This document shows positions 43,999 to 54,578 of a stretch of 64,000 bases of DNA, in pieces. Position 1 is the stretch's first letter. Each line of letters starts with the position of its first letter. The DNA comes from Terriglobia bacterium (GTDB taxonomy: Bacteria; Acidobacteriota; Polarisedimenticolia; Polarisedimenticolales; JAIQFR01). A program made the position numbers and the translations under genes. The stretch spans positions 736,001 through 800,000 of the forward strand of contig CAVVHE010000008.1 in assembly GCA_963748015.1 (NCBI GenBank), given 5' to 3'. The notes beneath the pieces were generated by a model. The model was not told the origin of the DNA. It searched no databases and saw only the letters and a program-made list of their open reading frames with translations.

Positions 43999-45327
43999 AT
44001 GATGCCTCGCCGGAACGCGATCGTCGCTTCGTTCGTCGTCGCCCTCGTTGTTTCCCCGGGCCTCGCGCTCGCCGCTCCTCCGGACCTCGTCAAGCTCCTC
44101 GCCGGCACTTCGAAGGAGAGCCAGGCATGCATCCGGTGCCACCAGAAGATGGCCACCCCGGTGGTCGTGCAGCAATGGGCGACCAGCCGGCACGCCGCGG
44201 ATGGCATCGGCTGCTACGAGTGCCACCAGGCGGACAAGGCCGACCCGGACGCCCTCGAGCACAACGGGTTCACGATCTCCCTCCTCGTCACCCCCAAGGA
44301 CTGCGCGCCGTGCCACGAGCAGGAGGGGAAGGAGTTCGCGGCCAGCCACCACGCCGCAGCCGGCGAGATTCTCGGCTCGCTCGACAACGTCCTCGGCGAA
44401 GTCGCCGAGGGGCCGCCCGCGGCCAACAGCGGGTGCAGGCAATGCCACGGTGGCGTCGTCAAGGTGCTCGCCGGGGGCAAACTCGACGCCGCGACCTGGC
44501 CGAACTCGGGAATCGGCCGAATCAATCCCGACGGCTCGAAGGGGACCTGCGCCGCGTGCCACTCGCGCCATTCGTTCTCGGCGTCGATCGCCCGGCAGCC
44601 GGAGAACTGCGGCAAGTGCCACCTCGGTCCCGACCATCCGCAGGCGGAGATCTACGCCGAGAGCAAGCACGGCATCACCTTCCGGGCGAAGATCGGCGAG
44701 ATGAATCTCGACGCGAAGACCTGGGTGCTCGGGAAGGACTACAGCGCTGCGCCGACGTGCTCGACGTGTCACATGAGCGCGACGAAGGACCTGCCGCTCA
44801 CCCACGACGTCGGCGCGCGGATCTCCTGGACGCTGCGCCCGGAGATCTCCGTGAAGCTGCCGAACGCCGACGCGCGCCGGGGCGACATGCAGAAGGTCTG
44901 CTCGAACTGCCACGGGAAGGACTGGATCGGCAATTTCTACAAGCAGTACGACTCCGTCGTCGGCCTCTACAACGACAAGTTCGCCGCACCGGCCAAGGCG
45001 ATCATGGCCAAGCTGCGCGAGGCCAAGAAGCTGACGCCGACCCCCTTCGACGAGACGATCGAGTGGACCTACTACGAGCTGTGGCACCACGAGGGGCGCC
45101 GCGCGCGCATGGGCGCCGCGATGATGGGGCCCGACTACACGCAGTGGCACGGCTTCTACGAGGTCGCCAAGGCCTTCTACTCCGAGTTCCTGCCGGAAGC
45201 CGAGCGCCTGCTCCCCGGCGTCACGAAAGACGCCCGCGGGATGGCGGACCACAAGTGGCTGGAAGGGATCTCGAAGGAGGAGAGGGAGAGGATCGAGAAG
45301 TACTACCAGTCGCGCTACGGGGAGTAG
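43999..45327 (+). CDS. Octaheme cytochrome c, hydroxylamine oxidoreductase (HAO)-like family
   Basis: Signal peptide and eight CxxCH motifs (CIRCH, CYECH, CAPCH, CRQCH, CAACH, CGKCH, CSTCH, CSNCH). GPDHPQ.EIY.ESKHG and WHHEGRRAR..PDY motifs. AGGAGG RBS. Confidence 0.88.
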   Translation: MMPRRNAIVASFVVALVVSPGLALAAPPDLVKLLAGTSKESQACIRCHQKMATPVVVQQWATSRHAADGIGCYECHQADKADPDALEHNGFTISLLVTPKDCAPCHEQEGKEFAASHHAAAGEILGSLDNVLGEVAEGPPAANSGCRQCHGGVVKVLAGGKLDAATWPNSGIGRINPDGSKGTCAACHSRHSFSASIARQPENCGKCHLGPDHPQAEIYAESKHGITFRAKIGEMNLDAKTWVLGKDYSAAPTCSTCHMSATKDLPLTHDVGARISWTLRPEISVKLPNADARRGDMQKVCSNCHGKDWIGNFYKQYDSVVGLYNDKFAAPAKAIMAKLREAKKLTPTPFDETIEWTYYELWHHEGRRARMGAAMMGPDYTQWHGFYEVAKAFYSEFLPEAERLLPGVTKDARGMADHKWLEGISKEERERIEKYYQSRYGE

Positions 45328-45677
45328 GACGAGGGCCGGCGCCCACCCGGGCCGCCGTCCGCTCGTCTTGACCGTGCGAGGTCTTGACCGTACGTCCTGA
45401 CCGTACGTTGACTCCTACAATCGACAGGAGTACGGTGACGAGCGAGGGTCGCGACGCGAGTCCCCCGATGACACCGACGAGGTGACCGCCGGCGGTCGGC
45501 AGGCCCGCGGGCAACGCGAAACGACGGGATAGCGCCCTCCACGAAGGGTGGTCGCGGTCCTCCCGGGTGAACGAGATCGCCGACACCTCATCCGCCAGCG
45601 ACGCGGGGGTGAGCCAACTTGCCCCGCGACGCGCGCAACGCGCGGTATGTGCCACGCGGTCTCGAGGGGGCGGCATC

Positions 45678-48600
45678 ATGAACAGGAAATTCGCCTGGCC
45701 GGTCCGGCCGGCGAGGGGATGGTGTGCCCGATCGCTCGTCGCCGCCGCGTGCGTTCTCGTCGCGCTCTCCGGGACGACGATCGCACCCGCCACCGAGAAG
45801 TGCGGGGACATCACCCAAGACGAGGTCTGGACAAAGGCGGGAAGCCCGTACGTGCTGACGTGCTCCGTCACGATGTACGGGGCCAACCTGACGATCGAGC
45901 CGGGGGTCGAGGTGCGGGGACGCCCGGGCACCTACTTGGAGTCGGCCATGGGGAACCTGGTGGCTGACGGCACGGCCGCCGAACCGATCGTCTTCACCGC
46001 GGACTCCGCGAATCCGCAACCGGGAAGCTGGGGGGGCTTCGCACTCGCAACCCCGTTGTTACAACGACCTGGATCCGCCACGCGACCATTCGTTATGCGG
46101 GATCGGGCATCTACCTCGAGGAAATGGCGCAGCTCACGATGGAGCACGTTTCCATCTCGGACTGTTCTAGCTCCGGCATCTCGACCAACACGTACTCGGC
46201 CCAGCTGACGCTGAGAGACGTGGACATCCGGCGGTGCGCCGCCGGCGTGAACCTGCATCAGCTATTTTATGGCACGCCAGCATCCGTGTTCCGGGCATCG
46301 AAGTGCAGCTTCGTCGAGAATCAGAGCTACGGCCTCCTGGTCCAAACCGACGGTGCTCCGGAAATCGCCGACTTCGACGTGGTGCTGACCGCGAGCTCGA
46401 TCCACTCCAACGGCCTCTACGACGTGTACCTCGATCCGTTCAGCCACCCGGACACGACCGTCGTCTGGGCCCCCGACAACTGGTGGGGCACGACGGATCC
46501 CGCGCAGATTCGTGCGCACGTTTACGATCGCGAGGACAGTCCCACGGCGGGCAGGTTGGTCTTCGCGCCATTCGGCGCGGACGGCGTGCCGGCGATCCGA
46601 GGTGATCGAGACGGGGACGGCGTGCCCGACGTGCACGACAATTGCCCGCTGACGGCCAACCCGTCGCAAGACGACGCGGACGGGGACAGGATGGGGGACG
46701 CCTGTGACCCCAGTCCCTCGGTACCGCCGACCGGAATGTGCGACGGGGTCAACGACGTCGCGGACACCTATGCGGACTCCGACGGCGACGGGTGGGGCGA
46801 CCCGTGCGATCTCGATCCGGCGTGGAGCGCGACGTATCCGGGAGCACCGGAGGTCTGCGACGGCCGCGACAACGACGGCGATCTCGTGTTCGCGCCGGGA
46901 GAGTTGTCCGACTCCGACGCCGACAACGCCCTGACGTGCGGCGATTGCAGCGACACAAACCCTCTGATCCACCCAGGAGCTGTGGAGATCTGTAACGGAG
47001 TCGATGACAACTGCAACGGGACCGTCGATGAGAGCTTTCCTGACCTTGACGGGGACGGGATCAAGGACTGCGTGGACAATTGCGCGGGAATCCAGAACCC
47101 CGATCAGACCGACCACGACGACGACGGGAGCGGCGACGCCTGCGACGTCTGCACTGACACCGATGGTGACGGTTTCGGCGACCCGGGCTTCCCGCTCAAC
47201 ACCTGCCCGACCGACAACTGCCCGACCGTTTCCAACCCGACGCAGGCCGACGCGGACGGCGATGGGATCGGCGATGCTTGCGACGCGTGCTCGGACGCCG
47301 ACGGCGACGGCTTCGGTTACCCGACCCTACCGGCCAGCACCTGCCCGCCGGACAACTGCCCCGCGGTCGCGAACCCGACGCAGGCGGACGCGGACCTCGA
47401 TGGGATCGGCGACGCCTGCGATAACTGCCCCACCATTGCGAACCCGACCCAGACCGATTCCGACGGCGATGGCCAAGGCAATGCGTGCGACAACTGCCCA
47501 CTGTATCCGACCCCGAATCAACCTGACGGAGACGGCGACGGCCGCGGCGATGCGTGCGACAACTGCCCACTCGTGGCCAACCCGAATCAACGGGACAGTG
47601 ATCACGATGGGATGGGCGATGCCTGCGATCCGATCCCACAGGGATTCGCCCTTCATTTCGATGGTGTGAACGACTGGGTCAGCCTGCCTGTGACGCAGGA
47701 CCTGCAATTGGTGCGGACGGACTTCACGATCGAGGCGTGGGTGTATCGCGAGCCGGGGAGCTATGGAAGCGTCCTGTCCGGAGGCGCAATGCCGCCATGC
47801 TCATTCCAACTCGGCGTCGCGTCCGACGGCCGTATCGACGCCACGGTATTCTCGCTTTCGCCCTACGTCCATGTCCTTTCGAACACGGCTGCGCCCGCGG
47901 GCTCCTGGCATCACATCGCCATGGTTCGCGCCGGAACTACGCTCTCGGTGTATTTCGACGGAGCATTCGACAGCAGCGGGACGAACCCGAGCGTCACGTA
48001 CAACTGCTCCGTGGACGAGATTCGCATCGGGAGATGGCAACAAGGCTCCGCCTCCTATCATGGCACGATCGACGAACTGAGGGTCTGGAACCAGCCGCGA
48101 TCGGAGGAGCAGCTTCGCGAGCTCATGCACTGCCCGTTGTTGGGCACGGAGCCTGGCCTTGTGGCGTACTGGACCTTCGATGACGGCGACGGGCAGACCC
48201 TTCTCGACCGCACCGGGAGAGGGAACAACGGGCGCCTTGGGAACTCGACCGCAACCGATGCTGAAGATCCGCAGTGGATCATGTCCTACGCACCCGTTGA
48301 TCAGGACCAGGACGAAGATGGTGTCGTCGATTTCCTCGACAACTGCCCATCGATTCCGAATCCGGATCAAATGGACACCGACGGCGACGGAACCGGCAAC
48401 GCCTGCGACACCTGCACCGACACCGACCGCGACGGCTTCGGCGACCCGGGTTTCCCGATCAACACCTGTTCGACCGACAACTGCCCCGGCATCGCCAACG
48501 GGGACCAGCTCGATGCGGACGGCGACGGCCTCGGCGACCTGTGCGACGCTTGCTCGGACGCGGACGGCGACGGCCTCGGCTACCCGACCGTGCCGGCCAG

Positions 48601-49078
48601 CACTTGCCCGCCCGACAATTGCCCCACCGTCCCGAACCCGACCCAGGCCGATACGGATGGTGATGAGGTCGGCGACGCTTGCGACAATTGCCTGCTCGAG
48701 GAGAACTCCGCCCAGTCCGATTTGGACCACGACGGGACGGGGGACGCGTGCGACCTCGACGACGGGCTGATCTTCGTTCGGGCTCCCGATACGGGTCACG
48801 TCTCGTGGGATCAGGAGATCGGCCCCACGTCGTGGAACGTCTACGAGGGCGACCTCGACGTGCTGAGGACGACGGGCGCGTACACGCAGGTCCCGGGGAG
48901 CAACCCGCTCGCCGATCGCCACTGCGGCCTGCTCGTCGCGAACGTCGACGATCCGGTCGTCCCGGCGGCGGGAAAGGTGAAGTTCGTCCTGGTGACCGGC
49001 ATGCAGGACGGAACGGAGTGGAGCCTGGGAACGGACTGGTCGGGGGTGCCGAGGCCGAACACCGCTCCCTGCCCTTGA
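45678..49078 (+). CDS. Large secreted protein: beta-helix N-terminus, thrombospondin type-3 / Cys-Asp repeats, LamG domain and FN3-like C-terminal module; frameshift ~46070
   Basis: [32 protein letters not shown], many DNCP..NP.Q.D.DGDG.GDAC repeats, and LamG motifs [22 protein letters not shown]. Confidence 0.85.
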
Positions 49079-49111
49079 CGCCGGAGCGGACTTCGCGAGG
49101 CGCCGCCGGGA

Positions 49112-49963
49112 TCACGCCCCGCGGTGCATCCGCTCCATGCGCCGCGTGACCGCGCGCGCGATGAGGGAAAGTCCCGTCACGACGCCGACGAGGACCAGGG
49201 CGCCGGCCCACGCCTGCCGGTGCCAGTCGTCGTAGGGGGAGATCGCGTACGTGTAGACCTGCACGGGCAGCGAGGCCATCGGTTGGGTCAGGTCGGTGGA
49301 CCAGAAGCGGTTGCCGAAAGCGGTGAACAGCAGCGGGGCCGTTTCCCCGGAGATGCGCGCCAGCGCGACGAGAATCCCGGTCATGACCCCCGGCAGCGCC
49401 GCCGGGAGAACGACGGTGAACAGGGCGCGCGCCCTCGTCGCGCCGAGGGCCAGCGCGCCGTCCCGGTACCCTTGCGGCACGAGCAGCATCAGCTCCTCGG
49501 TCGTGCGGGCCACGATCGGGATCATCATCACGCCGAGGGCGAAGCCGCCGGCGAGTGCCGAGAACTGCCGCACCGGAAGGACGACGAGCCCGTAGGCGAA
49601 GATGCCAATCACGATGGACGGGACGCCGTTCAGCACGTCCGCGGCGAACCGCACCGCGAGGGAGAAGCGGGTCCGGCCGTACTCCGCGAGGTGGATCCCC
49701 GCCAGCACGCCGACCGGCACCGCCAGCGAGGCGGCGAGCGCGATCAAGATCAGGGTGCCGACGATCGCGTTCGCCATGCCCCCGCCCTTCTCCCCGACCG
49801 GCACGGGCATCCGGGTGAAGAAATCGAGCGAGAGAGACGAGAGCCCTTGCCGGAGCACATAGAAGAGAACCAAGGCGAGCGGAACCAGCGCGGCCACCAC
49901 CGAAAGAGCGCACAGGCCCACGAAGATCTTCGAGACGATTTGCCTCCGCGCCGCGCGACTCAT
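49112..49963 (-). CDS. pstA: Phosphate ABC transporter permease PstA
   Basis: GGMANAIVGT, GVPSIVIGIF, ALALGA, ARISGETAPLLFT and AWAGALVL motifs. Confidence 0.93.
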   Translation of the reverse strand: MSRAARRQIVSKIFVGLCALSVVAALVPLALVLFYVLRQGLSSLSLDFFTRMPVPVGEKGGGMANAIVGTLILIALAASLAVPVGVLAGIHLAEYGRTRFSLAVRFAADVLNGVPSIVIGIFAYGLVVLPVRQFSALAGGFALGVMMIPIVARTTEELMLLVPQGYRDGALALGATRARALFTVVLPAALPGVMTGILVALARISGETAPLLFTAFGNRFWSTDLTQPMASLPVQVYTYAISPYDDWHRQAWAGALVLVGVVTGLSLIARAVTRRMERMHRGA

Positions 49964-50922
49964 GCGGCGCTCCGGGAAGCGGCGGGGGCGGCGGGCCGCC
50001 GGGCGGCCTTCCGCCTCTGCTTCGCGTCCATGCCGTAGATGAGGAGCCGCGAGAGGGCGTTGATGGCGAGCGTGATCAGGAAGAGCACGAGACCGATCTC
50101 GACCAGCGCGTGGAGGTAGAGGTCGTCCGCGGCCTCGGTGAATTCGTTGGCGATGACGGCCGCCATCGTGTATTGCGGGGCGAACAGCGACGCCGAGACC
50201 TGCGGGTTGTTGCCGATCACCATGGTGACCGCCATCGTCTCGCCGAGAGCCCGCCCGAGGCCGAGCATCACCGCGCCGACGATTCCGGTGCGTGCGTAGA
50301 ACAGCGCCGCCCGGATCGCCTCGAAGCGGGTCGCCCCGAGAGCGTAGGCGCCTTCCCGCTGCGCCATCGGCACCGCCTTCAAGATCTCTCGCGCGACCGA
50401 CGAGGTGAACGGCAGCATCATGATCGCCAGGATCAGGACCGCGGAGCCCATACCGACGCCGAGCGGCGGGCCCTCGAACAGCGGGAGCTGACGGAGCCAA
50501 GCCGGCGCCAGCAGCTGGAGCTTCCTCACCGCCGGCACCAGGACGAAGATTCCCCAGAGGCCGTAAACGATGGACGGCACGGCCGCGAGCAGCTCCGTGA
50601 GAAACGCCAGCGGCCGGCGCAGCCGCTTCGGCGCCAGATCCGAGAGGAAAACGGCTATGCCGAGCGCCACCGGGGTCGAGATGAGCAGCGCGAGGAACGA
50701 CGAGTAGAGCGTGCCCCAGATGAACGGCAGCGCCCCGAAGTTCCCCTCCACGGGATTCCAGGTGCTGGAAGTCCAGAACCCGAGCCCGAACTTTCGGATC
50801 GCCAGGTGAGAGGTGCGGGCCAGTTCGAAGCCGATCCCCACGACGAGGAGGAGCACTACGAGGGCGAAGATCCCCGTGCCCAGCTTCAGGAGCCTGTCGT
50901 CGCCGGAACCGGTCCTGGCCAA
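49960..50922 (-). CDS. pstC: Phosphate ABC transporter permease PstC
   Basis: W.P...FGALPFIWGT, ELLAAVPSIVYGLWG and GLGRALGETMAV motifs. Confidence 0.94.
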   Translation of the reverse strand: MARTGSGDDRLLKLGTGIFALVVLLLVVGIGFELARTSHLAIRKFGLGFWTSSTWNPVEGNFGALPFIWGTLYSSFLALLISTPVALGIAVFLSDLAPKRLRRPLAFLTELLAAVPSIVYGLWGIFVLVPAVRKLQLLAPAWLRQLPLFEGPPLGVGMGSAVLILAIMMLPFTSSVAREILKAVPMAQREGAYALGATRFEAIRAALFYARTGIVGAVMLGLGRALGETMAVTMVIGNNPQVSASLFAPQYTMAAVIANEFTEAADDLYLHALVEIGLVLFLITLAINALSRLLIYGMDAKQRRKAARRPAAPAASRSAA

Positions 50923-50983
50923 ACCGACCTCCCCGGGGCGGGCGCGGCGGTCCGGCGTCGCGCCCAGCCCCGAAACGTTGGAG

Positions 50984-52006
50984 CTACAGCTTGATCTTCC
51001 GGACCGACTCGAGGGCCATGTCGCTGACCGCCTTCGGGAGCGGCGCGTAGCCCAGGTCCTTCGCGGACTGCTGCCCGTCGGTGAGGGCCCAGCGAACGAA
51101 GTCCGCCATGATCGTGGCGACCCTCTTGTCCTTCGGGCTCTGGTAGAACAGGAGCCAGGTGAACGAGGAGATCGGGTAGACCCCCTTGCCGGGTGCGTTG
51201 GTGATGGACACGCGGAAGTCCTTCGGCATCTCCGTTGCCGCCGCGGCCGCCGCGGCCGTCACCGCATCCGGCGATCCCTTTACGAACTCCCCGTTCATGT
51301 TCTGCACGGCGCCGTAAGAGATGCCGGTCTGCACCGCGTAGATCAGCTCCACGTAGCCGATCGCTCCCGGGGTCTGCTTCACGAGGCCGGCGACCCCCTC
51401 GTTTCCCTTGCCGCCGACTCCCACGGGCCAGGAAACCGAGGTATTCACGCCCACCCGCTTCTTCCACTCCGGGGAGACCTTCGCGAGGAAATCGCAGAAG
51501 ATGTAGCTGGTCCCGGAGCCGTCCGACCTGTGAGCCACTGTGATGTCCACGGCGGGGAGCTTCGCGCCCGGGTTGTCCTTCAGGATCGCCGGATCGTTCC
51601 ACTTGGTGATCTTCCCGAGAAAGATGTCCGCGAGCACGGTCCCGCTGAACCGGATCTCGCTCGCACCCTCGACGTTGTAAACGGGCACGACCGCGCCGAG
51701 CACGGTCGGCACGTGGAGCACCCGGTCGGGGGCGGCGAGGAGCTGCTCCTCGGTCATCGGCCCGTCGGTGGCGCCGAAGAACACCGTGCGGTTGGTGAAC
51801 TGCCGGATCCCGCCGCCCGATCCGATGGACTGGTAGTTGATCTGCACCTCGGGGTGCAGCTTGTTGTAGTCGGAGAACCACTTGGAATAGATCGGGTACG
51901 GGAACGTCGCGCCGGCACCGTTGATCTGGACGGTTTGCGCCGCCGCCGGCGCCGCCGCGAGGGCCACGACCAGCAGGCCGGCCGCAGCGATCTTCAGGGT
52001 CTTCAT
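50984..52006 (-). CDS. pstS: Phosphate ABC transporter substrate-binding protein PstS
   Basis: GAGATFP.P.Y, NYQSIGSGGG, HRSDGSGT, GKGNEGV and YPISSFTW motifs. Confidence 0.96.
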   Translation of the reverse strand: MKTLKIAAAGLLVVALAAAPAAAQTVQINGAGATFPYPIYSKWFSDYNKLHPEVQINYQSIGSGGGIRQFTNRTVFFGATDGPMTEEQLLAAPDRVLHVPTVLGAVVPVYNVEGASEIRFSGTVLADIFLGKITKWNDPAILKDNPGAKLPAVDITVAHRSDGSGTSYIFCDFLAKVSPEWKKRVGVNTSVSWPVGVGGKGNEGVAGLVKQTPGAIGYVELIYAVQTGISYGAVQNMNGEFVKGSPDAVTAAAAAAATEMPKDFRVSITNAPGKGVYPISSFTWLLFYQSPKDKRVATIMADFVRWALTDGQQSAKDLGYAPLPKAVSDMALESVRKIKL

Positions 52007-52086
52007 CGGGTCACCTCTCTCTCGATCGAGTCCTTGATTCGGGTCCCGCGCGGCCCGTGGGGCGGCCGCCGGATGGGCACAAGTCG

Positions 52087-53196
52087 CTAGAACGTGAACT
52101 GCGCGTGCAGGATGTACTTCTTGTCGTCCGGCTTGGCCGTCGTGTACTGGTCGTACTCGACGCCATCATAGTCGAGCATGACGGCCGTCGTGACGCCCTT
52201 CTGGACCGGGAGCCAGTACGCGATCCCGACGATGGTCCGTTTGTTGCTCGCTTCCGGACCGTTCGCGGGGAGCTTGACGTCGTCGTAGCGGAGCAGAGCC
52301 TCGAAGCCCTTGCCGAATTTCGGGGTCGCCCAGGCCGACCAGCCCTTCGAGTCGTACTCGGTCGCGGTGGAGGTCGCCTTGTCCGTCGCGTCCAGGTACT
52401 CGAAGCCGACGTTGATCCGGTCGTGCTCGAACGTGAGGAGGCCGACCGCCCGCTCGCGCTTTCCGCCCTGGACCGGCTTGTCGCTGAGGAGGAACCCCGC
52501 GACACGGAGTCCCTTCACGACCGGTGTCATCGGCGCCGGCCGCACGCTGACCCGGATCTCCGTCGCCTTCTGGCCGTTGATCTCAGGGGTCTCGTAGCCT
52601 TCGCCGTTGTAGTAGCCGACGTGCACGTCGCCGTAGTTCTTGGGGAAGGCGAACCGCGCGGTCAGGCCGGCGTCCGCCGAGGAGAGGAACTTCTCCCGGT
52701 CCGGCATGCCCTTACCCTGGAACCGGTACCGGTAGATCGAGTCGGCGTAATCCACGTAGGGAGTCTGCTGCGCGCCGAGCTTGACCCACGACCCTTTCGG
52801 AAGCCAGTCGTCGAGGCTGAGCTGGCCGTAGGCGTACTTGAGGCGGAACACGTAGTTCCCCGCGAGGTCGGTTCCCGTCGCCTTCGTCTCCTGCTTGATG
52901 TCCGGCGTGACGCGGTAAGAGATCAGGTGAGAGATGTTGCCGGTGACGTTGATGTACGCGCGGGTGACATTGAACGAGTTGGGGTTGTACTTGTCGGGGT
53001 CCGTCCCCGCCTCGGGCGAGCTCTGGTAGGTGTAGTCGGCGAAGATCACTCCCCCCACCTTCACGGAGGGGGTGTCATCGGGCGGCGTCGAGCCCGCCGC
53101 AGGGGTCACCTGCGCGAGCGTGGACGGGCCCATGGCCACCGCGCCGCAAAGCGCCAAGGCCACGATCGTTACCCTCAAGGGACTCCAGGATGACAT
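52087..53196 (-). CDS. Outer-membrane beta-barrel, putative phosphate-selective porin
   Basis: Signal peptide, F.VTRAYIN, RLKYAY, NGEG and a C-terminal aromatic QFTF. First gene of the pst operon. Confidence 0.75.
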   Translation of the reverse strand: MSSWSPLRVTIVALALCGAVAMGPSTLAQVTPAAGSTPPDDTPSVKVGGVIFADYTYQSSPEAGTDPDKYNPNSFNVTRAYINVTGNISHLISYRVTPDIKQETKATGTDLAGNYVFRLKYAYGQLSLDDWLPKGSWVKLGAQQTPYVDYADSIYRYRFQGKGMPDREKFLSSADAGLTARFAFPKNYGDVHVGYYNGEGYETPEINGQKATEIRVSVRPAPMTPVVKGLRVAGFLLSDKPVQGGKRERAVGLLTFEHDRINVGFEYLDATDKATSTATEYDSKGWSAWATPKFGKGFEALLRYDDVKLPANGPEASNKRTIVGIAYWLPVQKGVTTAVMLDYDGVEYDQYTTAKPDDKKYILHAQFTF

Positions 53197-53224
53197 CTCG
53201 ATGGTTCCTCCTTTCGGGCACAGT

Positions 53225-53276
53225 TGTAACGAGTCCGTGAAAACGGGGTGCGACGCGAACGTAAATTCGGTGTGAA
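53225..53276 (-). promoter_or_regulatory. Putative Pho box-like direct repeats upstream of the porin-pstSCA operon
   Basis: Minus-strand hexamers TTCACA/TTTACG/GTCGCA at 11-bp spacing and TTCACG/GTTACA at 11-bp spacing, resembling PhoB/PhoP half-sites. Confidence 0.5.
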
Positions 53277-53401
53277 CTCGTATTGGTGGCCGGGCGCCGT
53301 CCGGCCGCGGTCGTCATGTGGGGAGTAGGATACGGGGCGTGGGCAAGGCAAACATGACGGAGGCGACCATGATCGGAAGATCGAGCGAGGGGACCGGACC
53401 A

Positions 53402-54481
53402 ATGGAGCTTACGAGGGGCTGGCTGCCGGCCGTCCTGATGCCGTGCGTACTGCTCGCCGGAGCAGGAATCGCTTGGGCCGCGGAGGGCGGGAAGCCCGAA
53501 GCGGCGCCACCGGCCGCGGCGGCGGGGGAGGTGACGGCCGTCGCGCTGCCCGGCGCTCCTGCGGAGGGCGTCATGCTCGATTACCTCGCCTCCGACCGCG
53601 TCCGTCACCGGGTATGGGTTCCCGCGGGCGGCACCGGTAACGCGATCGTGATCGACACGAAGTCGCTCGAGGTCCGCAAGGTGGAGAACTTCCCCACCAA
53701 GGAGGTCGAGCGCCGGGGCCAGAAGCGCAAGATCGGACCGACCGCCGCGTCGGTCGGTGACGGCGTCGTCTACATCGGCGACCGGGCCGACTCCAGCGTG
53801 TGCGCGGTGGATGCCTCGACACTCGAGCGCGGCGGTTGCGTGACCCTGCCGAGCGGCATCGACGGCGTCTGCTTCGTGGGGAAGAAGAAGGAAGTGTGGG
53901 TTTCCATGCCTGGCGAAAACGCGCTCGTCGTCCTGGACGTCTCGGCGCCCAAGGCGCCGAAGATCTCCGACACGCTCAAGTTCGAGGGGGGGCCCGAGGG
54001 GTACTCGGTGGACGAGGCCCACGGCTTCTTCTACACCAACCTCGAGGACAAGGACCGGACCCTCCGGATCGACGTCGCGACCCGCAAGGTCGTTGCGACC
54101 TGGAACCCCGCGTGCGGAGAGGAGGGGCCGAGGGGGCTCGTGATCGAGCCTTCCGGCCGGTTCCTCATGGTCGCCTGCACCGACCACGTCGAGGTGCTCG
54201 ACACGGCGAAGGACGGCCAGATCCTGTCGAAGCTCGACACGGGGAAAGGGGTGGACAACCTCGACTATCTCCCTGGCAAGCGACTGCTCTACGTTGCGGC
54301 GGGCGGCGCGGCGACGCTGACGATCGCCCACCTCGACGAGAAGGGCACGCTCACGAGCACCGCCGTGGTGCCGACGGCCAGTGGCGCCCGGAACGCGGTC
54401 GTGGCCGAGGACGGCACCGCTTTCGTCGCGGTCGGCCGCGAGGGGAAAATCCTCGTCGTCAAGCCCGCGAAGAGCAAGTAA
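53402..54481 (+). CDS. YncE/YVTN-like beta-propeller secreted protein
   Basis: Signal peptide, DYLA.D..RHRVWV, FYTNLEDK, W...C.E.P.GL and A.GARNAV motifs. Start uncertain. Confidence 0.75.
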   Translation: MELTRGWLPAVLMPCVLLAGAGIAWAAEGGKPEAAPPAAAAGEVTAVALPGAPAEGVMLDYLASDRVRHRVWVPAGGTGNAIVIDTKSLEVRKVENFPTKEVERRGQKRKIGPTAASVGDGVVYIGDRADSSVCAVDASTLERGGCVTLPSGIDGVCFVGKKKEVWVSMPGENALVVLDVSAPKAPKISDTLKFEGGPEGYSVDEAHGFFYTNLEDKDRTLRIDVATRKVVATWNPACGEEGPRGLVIEPSGRFLMVACTDHVEVLDTAKDGQILSKLDTGKGVDNLDYLPGKRLLYVAAGGAATLTIAHLDEKGTLTSTAVVPTASGARNAVVAEDGTAFVAVGREGKILVVKPAKSK

Positions 54482-54578
54482 CGGCGATAGAGCCGCTTCA
54501 AAGTCGAGATCGCGACCGGAAAAACCAAGGTCGAGATGTCCATCGATCCGACCGGCAAGGTGATATCGGGGAAGTAGC

